A stretch of 64,000 nucleotides of DNA from a virus: positions 4,477 to 68,476 of IMG/VR virus record IMGVR_UViG_3300014835_000015; one strand, 5' to 3'. The notes under the pieces were generated by a model. It saw only the letters and a program-made list of their open reading frames with translations, was not told where the DNA came from and did not search any database. Below, piece by piece: positions 10,165-19,947 of this stretch (within the stretch, counting starts at the first letter, position 1; every line of letters starts with the position of its first letter). The position numbers and the translations under genes were made by a program.

Positions 10165-11721
10165 CTATATAACTTGGCTTTGTCCCCAAGAAATAAGACT
10201 ATTTCCTTGAGAGCTAATACGCGATTTATCACCCTCTGTTGTGCTAGAAACCATTTCTGCACTAAAAAAATTTAACCCAGCTTTAACTACTTCAAACGCA
10301 GTTTTATATTTATCTGGGTTTCTTAGAGCTGCGGTTGTTTGTGCTTTTATTAGAAGTAAGTTAGCCTCTAAAGTTTTATATTCAACTAACTTTTGTTTTA
10401 AATCTTCTGCACCTAACTTTAGTTCAAGTTTTAATTTATCTAATTCTACAACTTTTTGTAATCCATCTTTTACTAAGTTATCGTTCATAACCTGTTCTTT
10501 AAAGATATTCTTATCTAAGAGTAAAAGTTCTTTATCTGCTTGTACTATTTTTAATTCAATTAATTGTAATTGTTTAGGTAATAACTGAACTTCACCTAAT
10601 AGTTTAAGTGTTTCAGCCTCTATCTGTTTACCTTCTAAAATTAACTTATCTTTAGTTACAAGTAAATTATCTCTTTCTTGTTGAGTTAATAAACTATCAA
10701 CATCTGTTTTATACTTTTGAGAATCGAGTAAAGCACCTTCTTTAGGAATATTTACTAACTTAGCATTAAGAGTAGATACTTCTGCAATAGCAGATAATAC
10801 TTGTTGTTGTTTAACTAATATATCTTGTGTAGCTTCATCTATCTTCTTATTAATAAGTAAAATATCTGCTGTAGATTTTTCTACTTGAGAATCTAATACT
10901 GCACCTTCCTTTGGTATATTAAGTAACTTAGCATTTAGTGTAGCTACTTCGGCAGTAGATTTTAATACTTCTTGTTGTTTGTTAAGAACTTCTTGTGTAG
11001 CAGATAAGACGTTTTGTTGCTTAACTAATATGTCTTGAGTAGCTTCTTCAATCTGTTTATCAATTAGTTGAATATCAGAAGTTAGTTTAAGAACTTGTTT
11101 ATCTAGTAATACTCCTTCTTTAGGTATGTTTAATACTTCTGCATTAATCTTAGCTATTTCTGCTGTGGAGTGAAGTATTTGAGAGTCTACTAATTGTCCT
11201 TGTTTACCTAGATTTAATACTTCAGCTTGTGATTTGAGTACAGCTTGAGTTTCATTTAATACTTGTTGGTCTAATAAATTACCCTCTTTAGGTACATTCA
11301 AGAGTTTAGCATTTATCATACTAATTTCTGCTGTACTATGAAGAATCTGTGAATCTATCAATTCTCCTTGTTTACCAAGATTAATTACTTCTGCTGCTGA
11401 CTTAAGAACTTCTTGTTGAGCATTAAGAACTTGTTGATCTATTAACAATCCTTGTTTAGGTATGTTAAGACCTTCAGCAATAACATTATCTGTTTCAGCT
11501 TCAACTTTTAATACTTGTGCAGCAGTTAATGCTCTTTGATCTGCACCCAATACAAGAATAATTACTTCATGTAAAGTAGTAGCTAATGCAGCATTATATA
11601 CAGCTACTGCTTCTGAACCTTTAATTCTATTTTCAGCAAAGACAACATCTAATTTATCCTTAATGTTAGCCATTAATGGATCAAAAATTAATGTTACCTC
11701 ACTAGCTACTACTGTTGTCAT
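10165..11721 (-). CDS. Structural protein, N4 gp54-like, with expanded heptad repeats
   Basis: N-terminus FDPLMANIKDKLDVVFAENRIKGSEAVAVY resembles the gp54 family; internal NIPKEGxLLDxQV repeats. Confidence 0.7.
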   Translation of the reverse strand: MTTVVASEVTLIFDPLMANIKDKLDVVFAENRIKGSEAVAVYNAALATTLHEVIILVLGADQRALTAAQVLKVEAETDNVIAEGLNIPKQGLLIDQQVLNAQQEVLKSAAEVINLGKQGELIDSQILHSTAEISMINAKLLNVPKEGNLLDQQVLNETQAVLKSQAEVLNLGKQGQLVDSQILHSTAEIAKINAEVLNIPKEGVLLDKQVLKLTSDIQLIDKQIEEATQDILVKQQNVLSATQEVLNKQQEVLKSTAEVATLNAKLLNIPKEGAVLDSQVEKSTADILLINKKIDEATQDILVKQQQVLSAIAEVSTLNAKLVNIPKEGALLDSQKYKTDVDSLLTQQERDNLLVTKDKLILEGKQIEAETLKLLGEVQLLPKQLQLIELKIVQADKELLLLDKNIFKEQVMNDNLVKDGLQKVVELDKLKLELKLGAEDLKQKLVEYKTLEANLLLIKAQTTAALRNPDKYKTAFEVVKAGLNFFSAEMVSSTTEGDKSRISSQGNSLISWGQSQVI

Positions 11722-11725
11722 TTGT

Positions 11726-12295
11726 TTATGCCTCTTCGTTTAAACGATTAGTGATTGACTGTTCATGAGCCAAGTCTTTTAATTCTTGTTCTGTTAAATT
11801 AGGAAGAATTTGAATAGAGTATTCCTTCATTGGTTTGGTTTTGTTGATGTCTTGTCCTTGAGCATCTTTAACTTTGTAGTGATGAACATATCTTTTCTCT
11901 TCCATCATATCTACTAAGATTTTAGGTACATGCCAAGCATCAGCATTGAAAGGTACATACTTAGAAATCATACCTATATACGCATTACCTGCTGTAAATA
12001 TGTCACCTTCCATAGCTGCTTTAGTAGGATTCATGCAAGCTACTCTTACTCGAATTAATCTTTCAGATTCCTTTTTAAGTCTTGCTTTCTTTTGTCCTAA
12101 AGTTTCTACATATTGAGACATATCTGAATCATTACCTTTAGCTGGTTCTTCATCTAAGTCTAATGCACTTTTAACTTTAGAGCGTAATTTGTCTAAGCCA
12201 ATAGAAGGATGATATGTAATACCCATTCTATCTGCTCTATCTTTAAGCAGTTGTAATTCTTCTTGTTCTGCTGTTAATTGTACTTCATTTGTCAT
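11726..12295 (-). CDS. N4 gp55-like protein
   Basis: LIRVRVACMNP..EGDIFTAGNAYIG..KYVPF..WHVP motif; synteny. Confidence 0.75.
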   Translation of the reverse strand: MTNEVQLTAEQEELQLLKDRADRMGITYHPSIGLDKLRSKVKSALDLDEEPAKGNDSDMSQYVETLGQKKARLKKESERLIRVRVACMNPTKAAMEGDIFTAGNAYIGMISKYVPFNADAWHVPKILVDMMEEKRYVHHYKVKDAQGQDINKTKPMKEYSIQILPNLTEQELKDLAHEQSITNRLNEEA

Positions 12296-12433
12296 GGTTT
12301 AATTCTCTTATTAATTATGTAGGTCATTCCTACGGCAATGGATACGAATATCCTGACTATCATAAACATCAACAGAAAGGCATCAAATCTTCGATTCTAG
12401 GCACTTTCTCTGTTGAGCTATAACTTTGTATTA

Positions 12434-13048
12434 CTAGGTTAAATATCTCCATAAATAACCTTTATAAGGAGTATTATCTAACTTCAGTATTCTATTTAAA
12501 CTGGTTTGACTTACATAGTCTAACAATAATGAAGCCTCTTTAACAGAATCAAATGATTTAACAAATGTTCCATCTAAATTAAATTGAGCAATAGGTAAAC
12601 TATGCGCTCTAATTGTGTTCTCTGATTTAGAAATCCATCTACAATTTGAGATTGAATAATTTTTTTCTGGATCAATCCTATCTAATGAGTATCCTTCAAC
12701 ATAAGAAGATCCCATCTGTAAATAGAATATTTTAAAATCTTCCCACATTGGGGAATATGTTATACCTTTTTCACCATAATACTTGTATCCAACATGTTTA
12801 GAGTTTCTACATCTTTCTTTCATACCACCCCAAGTATGGTAGATTTGTGTATTGTGCATTCCATGCCCAAATCCTGCAACAGTTCTACACTTAACTGCAC
12901 CACAACTTTTAGCTCTCATACCTATTGTAATTTCTTTTTTAACTGCTTCCTTACATGAAGGACAGTGAAATAAAGCATAACTACATAATTTAGTTTTTCC
13001 AGATTTTGTGATATGTGTTTCTGTTGGTAATTTTTGTAACTGTTTCAT
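12434..13048 (-). mobile_element. Free-standing HNH-type homing endonuclease with NUMOD1-like C-terminus
   Basis: WGGMKERC..YYGEKGI..SLDRIDPEKNYSISNCRW; C-terminal PIAQFNLDGTFVKSFDSVKEA. Confidence 0.8.
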
Positions 13049-13051
13049 AAA

Positions 13052-13106
13052 TATACTGCCTCTTAATTAAAAGAGACAGTATACGCTTTACTTTTATATT
13101 TGTAAA
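13052..13106 (-). promoter_or_regulatory. Sigma70-like promoter overlapping an RBS-sequestering hairpin of the homing endonuclease
   Basis: Minus strand TTTACA-17 nt-TATACT; 13-bp hairpin TATACTGTCTCTT/AAGAGGCAGTATA covers the AAGAGG RBS. Confidence 0.6.
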
Positions 13107-13136
13107 CCCATATAAAAGTTTACCGTCCCTTTAATA

Positions 13137-14558
13137 TCAATACTCAGCAACTGTGTATAAACAGGCGATACGTTCAGCTCTCAAAACCATAAAACCATAA
13201 TAAAATTGAATGGAAGTGAAGCCCGTAGTACCATAAGGGTCACGAGCATAACTCTCAGGTGAACCAGGTTTAGCTGTATAGATGTTGAACTTACTACCTT
13301 TACCAGCACCACCAGATTTAAAGCTGATAGTAGTAAATGATTTATCACCAACAACTAACATTGGATATACATCATATTTACCACCAGTTTGTCTATAACC
13401 AGCGTTATTAGTAACAGTAGCACCAACACCAGCAAAGTGTTGCATTTCCATTACTACGATGATTCTAAAGCAATCAATTGAACCAAGTTCATCTTTTTCA
13501 GGTGTAGTAGCTGCACCATATTGACGTACTTCAATCAATGCTTTGTTACCAAAGTTATCAACCATACGTTTCAATGTAGGTACTAATGCAGGAGATACAT
13601 AAATGAATCTAGCAGCATTAATAGTACGAGTATCTACCATACGCGAACCTTCAATAACAGTAGTATCTCTAGGAGTACGATTGTTATCTAAAGTAACAGC
13701 AAGACGAACAAAGTCATCATACGTTACTAATGATACAGCACCAGTTTCGCCTGAGATAGTAGCTTTAGAAGTAGCATCACCACCAAAAGTTACAACACCA
13801 GCAGAGTTCAATAAATCCATTTGAATCATGTCTTCTTGTAACTCATTTGCACCAAAGATCATCTCACGATGCAAGTGCATATCCAACTCAGCATCAGTAT
13901 CAAAGTCTAAGGATTCTTGAGTCCATTGACGATAGAAACCGTACTTAGCAAAAGTACCTTCTAACTCAATACGTCTAAAACCAACTCTGTTTACATAACC
14001 ACCTGTTTCACTTAATACAGGTAATTTACCAGACATATAACCTACGTCTTTAGAGCTACCATATAAGTTACCTCCACCATTAACAGAAGCATGTTCAGAA
14101 ATAGTCCAACCTAAAACAAGTAAAGCAGCTTTAGTAGTAGCATAGTCAGTATTAAATACACCTAATTTTTTAAAGATGTCTACTGCTTTAGCTTTAGCAT
14201 TAGTAATTGCTGTAGCATCAACTGTAGCATGATTACCTACTGCCCAGTAAGATACCCACTCATTACCTGTATTTTTCAATGCAGGGTCTTTAATCTCAAT
14301 AGTAGATTCAAAGCTAGTAGTTAAACCAGCAGCATCAATACCTTGATCGTTAATGTTAATATCAGCAAGCATTGGCATGATGTGATATTGTTTAATTTTC
14401 TTACCTAAGTTCTTAGGCATTTCTAAGGTAGATGCTAACTTAGAGAATACTTGAACTTTAGCAGCTTCTTGTAATACTGTTTTGTTATAGTAATCGGTAC
14501 GAATTTGAGTACCAACGGAACTATTAGCTCCAGTACCATATACTTGTGGATCAGCCAT
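13137..14558 (-). CDS. Major capsid protein (N4 gp56-like)
   Basis: QIRTDYY, MPKNLGKKIKQYH, GNLYGSSKD, LPVLSETGGYVNRVGF, DPYGTTGFTSIQFYYG motifs. Confidence 0.95.
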   Translation of the reverse strand: MADPQVYGTGANSSVGTQIRTDYYNKTVLQEAAKVQVFSKLASTLEMPKNLGKKIKQYHIMPMLADININDQGIDAAGLTTSFESTIEIKDPALKNTGNEWVSYWAVGNHATVDATAITNAKAKAVDIFKKLGVFNTDYATTKAALLVLGWTISEHASVNGGGNLYGSSKDVGYMSGKLPVLSETGGYVNRVGFRRIELEGTFAKYGFYRQWTQESLDFDTDAELDMHLHREMIFGANELQEDMIQMDLLNSAGVVTFGGDATSKATISGETGAVSLVTYDDFVRLAVTLDNNRTPRDTTVIEGSRMVDTRTINAARFIYVSPALVPTLKRMVDNFGNKALIEVRQYGAATTPEKDELGSIDCFRIIVVMEMQHFAGVGATVTNNAGYRQTGGKYDVYPMLVVGDKSFTTISFKSGGAGKGSKFNIYTAKPGSPESYARDPYGTTGFTSIQFYYGFMVLRAERIACLYTVAEY

Positions 14559-14569
14559 TGTGTTATTCC

Positions 14570-15550
14570 TTATCTAAATAATGATTTATCTAATTTAGCA
14601 AAATCTTCATCTGACATAGCCATGATGTCTAAATTGCTTAAATCAGTAGTTTTTTTACTTGGAGCAGTTCTAGTAATACTAGCTGCTTGTTTCTTTTGTT
14701 TGTTATCTTGTATTGGTTTAGTTGGTTGTACAGCTTGCTGTATGACTGGTTCTAGCTTGGTAGTATTAAAACCACCATTGGCTTGAATGTAATCTCCTAC
14801 AGTTCTATAAGCATCTAAATCAGATACACCATTAAGTCTTCCTAACATTCTTTGAGTAGCAACTTCTTTAGCAATGGTGTCATAAATTCCATTACCGATT
14901 TGCTCATTCAATACAGTTATTGTTTGAGGATTAGCACTTAAGTATTCCTTGGATTGATGATCCCATTCTGAACCAAGAATCTTTACTGTAGTATCAAATT
15001 GAGGAGTATGTTGGATAGAATCCAGTACATCATTCAACTCAATTGCTTTATCATCTACTTGGTAGTTACTTGGTTTATAGTTTACTTCTTCAGAAGTATC
15101 TATATCTAATGGATCAATACCACTTTCTTTTAATAACTTTTGTATAGCTTGTGGATTCTTATTCTTAAGGTCAATCAAGTAACTAAGTTGTTCCGCATCT
15201 AACAAATCATTCTGTTTTAACATCTCTCCAATTTTACGAAGAGGTTTAATCTCTGTTGTCTTCCGTTGATAATCAGCTCCCATTTGCATAAGCTGAATAG
15301 CATCATCAATACTATTAACTTGTACTTCTTTTCCATTGGCTTTAAATGGAGCTGTAATACGCTCATATTCAGCCTTATAATCTATTTCTATAGATTCATC
15401 AGTATCTTCTGTAGAAACGTCTGTATCAGCCTTTAAGGTGTCTTCTTGAGTGTTTTCTAAACTTGCATCAGCAAACTCTTCATCAGACATATTAAGGAAG
15501 TCTTGTTCCTGTGGAACATCTTCAACTTGAATATCTAGTAATTCACTCAT
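14570..15550 (-). CDS. N4 gp57-like protein (scaffold/tape-measure annotation)
   Basis: FLNMSDEEF, APFKANGKEV, LMQMGADY, MSDEDF C-terminus; synteny. Confidence 0.8.
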   Translation of the reverse strand: MSELLDIQVEDVPQEQDFLNMSDEEFADASLENTQEDTLKADTDVSTEDTDESIEIDYKAEYERITAPFKANGKEVQVNSIDDAIQLMQMGADYQRKTTEIKPLRKIGEMLKQNDLLDAEQLSYLIDLKNKNPQAIQKLLKESGIDPLDIDTSEEVNYKPSNYQVDDKAIELNDVLDSIQHTPQFDTTVKILGSEWDHQSKEYLSANPQTITVLNEQIGNGIYDTIAKEVATQRMLGRLNGVSDLDAYRTVGDYIQANGGFNTTKLEPVIQQAVQPTKPIQDNKQKKQAASITRTAPSKKTTDLSNLDIMAMSDEDFAKLDKSLFR

Positions 15551-15900
15551 TAGATTTCTTCCTCTTCATCATCTTTATACTCTTCAGGATTATCCAAGTA
15601 TTCTTGACACATTTGAATAGTTTTATCTGCTAACTGTCCTCGTTGCATAATAGTCTTAAAGAATTGATCCAATGCACCAATAGCCATGAAGTCATTAAGC
15701 ATCTGAGCTTGAATCTTAGGATCTTGTAATTGAACATTAGCTCTAAGCATAGTAATTCTTACAGGTTCTTTCTCGAAGTATTCATCCTGAAAGAGACTCT
15801 TAAAGTCTTTATTATTTAAAAGTTTATTTAATGAATCTCTTAAACCAGCTTCTCTTTTAGCAGTCTTTAATTGTTCTTTAACTTGTTTCTCTTGTGTCAT
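15550..15900 (-). CDS. N4 gp58-like protein
   Basis: LNKLLNNKDFKSLFQDEYF motif; synteny. Confidence 0.6.
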   Translation of the reverse strand: MTQEKQVKEQLKTAKREAGLRDSLNKLLNNKDFKSLFQDEYFEKEPVRITMLRANVQLQDPKIQAQMLNDFMAIGALDQFFKTIMQRGQLADKTIQMCQEYLDNPEEYKDDEEEEI

Positions 15901-15931
15901 TTCTTGTGTCCTCTTATGAGATTTTTAATAA

Positions 15932-16303
15932 TTAAGCACTTAACATACTAACCCATTTACCTACAGCAATATCTGTAAGTAAACGTGATTTACCAGCAGC
16001 AATAGCTACACCTGTAGCAGTAGCAACAGCATTGATTGTATCTGTACCATCACCAAACAATTGTAATGATGTAGCACTAGAATTGTGTACTAAATGTTGT
16101 ACACCTGAACCAACTGCTAATGGTAGTTTAATTGAATCAGCAGCAGTAGCTACAGTAGCAACTTCATGGGTTGTTTTACTTGGATTTAAAGCTAATGCAG
16201 CAGCTTGTGTTCCACCAGCATGAGCAGTAATACCTTTTTCAATATTATCTACTCCGTTTTGTTTTTGCTTTAAAGCAATACTTTGTCTTGTTTCTTCAGT
16301 CAT
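15932..16303 (-). CDS. Small Ala/Thr-rich virion protein (decoration-like)
   Basis: GITAHAGGTQAAA..VATVATAADSIKLP; head module. Confidence 0.45.
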   Translation of the reverse strand: MTEETRQSIALKQKQNGVDNIEKGITAHAGGTQAAALALNPSKTTHEVATVATAADSIKLPLAVGSGVQHLVHNSSATSLQLFGDGTDTINAVATATGVAIAAGKSRLLTDIAVGKWVSMLSA

Positions 16304-16312
16304 TTTAATTCC

Positions 16313-16369
16313 TTAACACTTTTTAGATTTGCCTGGTTTAGGCATTGGTTTAGAAGGTTTATCTTTCAT
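16313..16369 (-). CDS. 18-aa basic micropeptide MKDKPSKPMPKPGKSKKC
   Basis: GGAG RBS, ATG and TAA, fills the intergenic gap; below the track cutoff. Confidence 0.45.
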   Translation of the reverse strand: MKDKPSKPMPKPGKSKKC

Positions 16370-16396
16370 TACTTAACTCCTGGTTTAGGTTTAGCT

Positions 16397-16615
16397 TTAT
16401 GAACAAAGTTGTACATATTCAAAGTTTTGTATACGTTCTCTAAGAACTTCGTAATATAAATCCATATAAGTATATTGTAATTTTAATCGTACTTGTTCTG
16501 AATTAGGTAGTTCTGCGTATAAAATATTGCCAAAAAATTTATGTAAAGCTATTTTTTTAGTATTTAATTCTTCTGCTTCATCTACTACACGTTGTTGATG
16601 TGGTAAGTAATCCAT
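16397..16615 (-). CDS. crAss001_48-like small phage protein
   Basis: PHQQRVVDEAEEL...LQYTYMDLYYEVLRERI pattern. Confidence 0.6.
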   Translation of the reverse strand: MDYLPHQQRVVDEAEELNTKKIALHKFFGNILYAELPNSEQVRLKLQYTYMDLYYEVLRERIQNFEYVQLCS

Positions 16616-16617
16616 AA

Positions 16618-18873
16618 TTATTTTCCTTTAGAAGGTTGTGGTTTAGCTTTAATCTGATCCATACTTGAAGCATGGTCTAATACTCTATTCTGTAAATTCA
16701 TTTGATGTTCTTGGTTCATCTTATCTTTTTCTAAACCATGATTCATTAAATCTTTATCTACCGCTTGTTGATGTTTAACTTGTTCTAAAGCAATATTACC
16801 TTGTGCTTGTGCTTGTACTGTCTCTATAGCTCTTTGATGAGATACACCTGACTCATCATTAACAAAATCAAGACTTGTCTTATCAGCAAGTTCATTCATT
16901 TGTTTAGCTCTAGCTTGTTCTGTAGCTATCTTAGCATACTCTAATTGAGTCTGTGCTTGATGTTCTGCTACCTTAGCTTGAATCTCTTGCATTTGAGCTT
17001 GTATGAGCTGTATTTGAGCTTCTACTAATGGATCTGGTTGTGGAGGTTCAGGTACATATTTCTCAATCTTCTTAGCTAAGTCTGGCATCTTTCTTAGTTT
17101 AGCAATCTCTACAAGAATCATTTGACTGAAATCTTGTGGCATTGTATTACCCATTGTTTGAAGCATAAAGCTTAACTCTTGAGCTTTTTGTTCATCTGCC
17201 TCAGCAGTAGATATAGTTAAACTAATATCAATATTACCTGCTAAATCATCTCTTCTAACAGTAACAAATTCTTCATTAGTAATTCTAATTACTTCTTCTT
17301 CAGATAAGAATTCAGAATTCATAGATATAAACTTTCTACCTATCTGAACAATACCTTGAGCCAATCTTCTTAATATACCTAATTCTCTTTTAGATGCTGC
17401 ATCTAATGCACCACGAACACCTACAGCAACATTACCTAAAGATTGACCACCAATACCTTGTGAGAATGATTTAACTCCTGTAATAGATTCTGCTTCCATA
17501 TTCTGCATGTTAATCATGTACTGTGCAGATTGGGGAATCTCTGGATATACAGCCATGTGAAATGCTTCACTAGGATGTCTTCCAGGATTGAATTCATAAT
17601 CCTTACCTTGCTCAAACTTCCTCTTATTAACAACGTCTAAAGCATCTTTACTAATACCTTGTTGAGCATTAGCACTTCTACCCATAATGTCAATCATACC
17701 TCTAGTTACTGCACCAATAATCTTTTGATTATCTTCTAATAGTTCACCATCAGGTTCACCATATACAGCTTTACGAATAGGTAAGTATTGTACTATTACA
17801 AAAGGAAGTTTCTTATCAGGAAAAGGATTCTCTTCTTGTCTAATAATTTGATTACCAACCCAAGTAACTACAATTGGTTTAACTACACCAGAACCATCAA
17901 TATCCCAATATCCCCAATACTCATAAGCTACTATTTTCTGTCTTGGTTTATCTTTAAAACTAAAAGAGTATTGTTCTCTATAGTAATTATCTTGGCTTAG
18001 ATTAGTTGTAGTATCTGTTTCAATTAAATCTAAATCAGAATAGATTCCATCTTTCTCTAATTCAGATTTTGATGTTTCAAATCTAAAAATAATGAATTGA
18101 GCTTTATCTGTGTTACCTCTACATGAAGGATCAATAATAACATCATTGTAATTACAGACTTCAACTGTAGGACAGTTCTTAGTTACTTTAGTTTTAGTCT
18201 CAATGTGTGAACCTGCATTTTGAGGAAACATAGGAGTACCATACTGCATACTCATATCTAAAGCTTGTTGAAACTCTTGAGGAACTGTTTGACTAAAGTT
18301 TATTGGGTCATCTTGTTTACCTTGAGCCAAGGCTTGTAATTTCTGTATATAGGCTGGGTCTTGTGAAGGAATGAATTGGAAGTCTTGTACTTCTTCTTCT
18401 ACTACCTCTTCTTCATAATCCCATCCAGTACGAACAACTACAGTACCTTCATCTACAGCAGTTCTAACATATTCATCAATGAACTTTGTTTTATCTATCT
18501 TTGTATTGAACTGGTTGTTTATTACTAATCCATTTTGTACAGCAGCTTTCTTATCTTCAAAGGTAATTGGGTCAGTGTTAAACAAATCATCTGTACTTAA
18601 GAATGGTTCTGATAAAGCAGCATATCTCCACTCTGCTTGTTTACGAATAAGTTTAGGTACTATATTACTTCTCGACTTACCATTGTCTATCTTAGCTGTA
18701 CCAGTAATATTTAAGTTATCTAACCAAACATTTACTTTTACTTTATGTCTATCATGATCTGATTGTGCTGTAGTCAAATCTGTCTTTAAATCATCTAACT
18801 TAGGTGGATTCTTCCACTTAGCTAGTTTAGATTCTTCTTGAACTTCAACATCATCATCGCTATCTATAATCAT
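16618..18873 (-). CDS. Portal protein (N4 gp59-like)
   Basis: IVPKLIRKQAEWRYAALSEPFLS, EYWGYWDIDG, NMEAESITGVKSFSQG, ALDAASKRELGILRRL. Confidence 0.95.
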   Translation of the reverse strand: MIIDSDDDVEVQEESKLAKWKNPPKLDDLKTDLTTAQSDHDRHKVKVNVWLDNLNITGTAKIDNGKSRSNIVPKLIRKQAEWRYAALSEPFLSTDDLFNTDPITFEDKKAAVQNGLVINNQFNTKIDKTKFIDEYVRTAVDEGTVVVRTGWDYEEEVVEEEVQDFQFIPSQDPAYIQKLQALAQGKQDDPINFSQTVPQEFQQALDMSMQYGTPMFPQNAGSHIETKTKVTKNCPTVEVCNYNDVIIDPSCRGNTDKAQFIIFRFETSKSELEKDGIYSDLDLIETDTTTNLSQDNYYREQYSFSFKDKPRQKIVAYEYWGYWDIDGSGVVKPIVVTWVGNQIIRQEENPFPDKKLPFVIVQYLPIRKAVYGEPDGELLEDNQKIIGAVTRGMIDIMGRSANAQQGISKDALDVVNKRKFEQGKDYEFNPGRHPSEAFHMAVYPEIPQSAQYMINMQNMEAESITGVKSFSQGIGGQSLGNVAVGVRGALDAASKRELGILRRLAQGIVQIGRKFISMNSEFLSEEEVIRITNEEFVTVRRDDLAGNIDISLTISTAEADEQKAQELSFMLQTMGNTMPQDFSQMILVEIAKLRKMPDLAKKIEKYVPEPPQPDPLVEAQIQLIQAQMQEIQAKVAEHQAQTQLEYAKIATEQARAKQMNELADKTSLDFVNDESGVSHQRAIETVQAQAQGNIALEQVKHQQAVDKDLMNHGLEKDKMNQEHQMNLQNRVLDHASSMDQIKAKPQPSKGK

Positions 18874-18876
18874 ATC

Positions 18877-19947
18877 TTAGTTACTTATTGTAATAAATGG
18901 TTGATGAATAAAGTAATTAACAATATATTCTTTAATAATTGGTTCTTCCTGTATCGTATTATATTTAAGTAATGGAAGACTACTTATGTTAACATTTTCA
19001 GTAAGCAGTAGGTGTTCTACAGATCCATACACAGAATTTATATTTTCATAAGAATAATTATATTCTCTAATTTCTTTAGTTGTTTCGTTACTTTCAGTAA
19101 TAAATAAAGTTTCGTTAATTATAGCTCCCATAAAAGCTATTAATAATTCTTTTTCTTTAATAAGTTCATAACTGCTTATAGTATTTTCTAATTTTTCAAT
19201 ACTAACACTATTCTCATATATGGTGCAACCAATTTGAGATGTAAGCTTTTCTTTATTTAAACTTACTTCTAAAATATTGTTACCCTTAGTTTGTAAAACT
19301 ATAGGACTGTGTATTGTATCTCCAGCACTATACAACAATACAGTAAGCACATATTGGCATAGTGTTCTTGGTTTATTAAGAGTATATACTTCAACATCGT
19401 TTATATAAAACCTAACAATATAATCTTCTACTTGAATAGCATAAGAATCATTTATGCTATGAAAGTTACCTATCAAACTTTTAAATACACCAAACGAATA
19501 AATACTTACTTCACCATTATTATATAGAAAACTGTAAGCAACATTACTTGGATTAATTTTAGAATAACATAAAGCTATATCTGATACACCTCCAAATATT
19601 CCAACAGAGTACATTGAAATACGGAAAAATATTTTACCTACATTAGTAAAAAAATCTCTCGATATTGCTTGTGCTTCCCAATCTAAAGATAAAAGTGAGA
19701 TGTTGCTAGCTTTAGATATATTAGCAAGTTGTGCTTTAGAGTTTACATAAAGATTTTGTGAACCATAACCTAAATCTGTATTGGATAATACTGGTACATC
19801 ATCTACATCTTGTGAAATTATAGGATACAAGAGTGTATTATTATTCTTTTTATACTTGTGTAAAGTTTTAGATTTACTAAAACTAAATCTATTTTCAACT
19901 TTAGTAATCTCTCCATTAGCTAAGAATTCTTTAGTGAGATTTACCAT
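18877..19947 (-). CDS. Putative tail-associated protein, beta-sandwich-like core
   Basis: 356 aa, beta-rich central region; tail module position. Confidence 0.4.
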   Translation of the reverse strand: MVNLTKEFLANGEITKVENRFSFSKSKTLHKYKKNNNTLLYPIISQDVDDVPVLSNTDLGYGSQNLYVNSKAQLANISKASNISLLSLDWEAQAISRDFFTNVGKIFFRISMYSVGIFGGVSDIALCYSKINPSNVAYSFLYNNGEVSIYSFGVFKSLIGNFHSINDSYAIQVEDYIVRFYINDVEVYTLNKPRTLCQYVLTVLLYSAGDTIHSPIVLQTKGNNILEVSLNKEKLTSQIGCTIYENSVSIEKLENTISSYELIKEKELLIAFMGAIINETLFITESNETTKEIREYNYSYENINSVYGSVEHLLLTENVNISSLPLLKYNTIQEEPIIKEYIVNYFIHQPFITISN

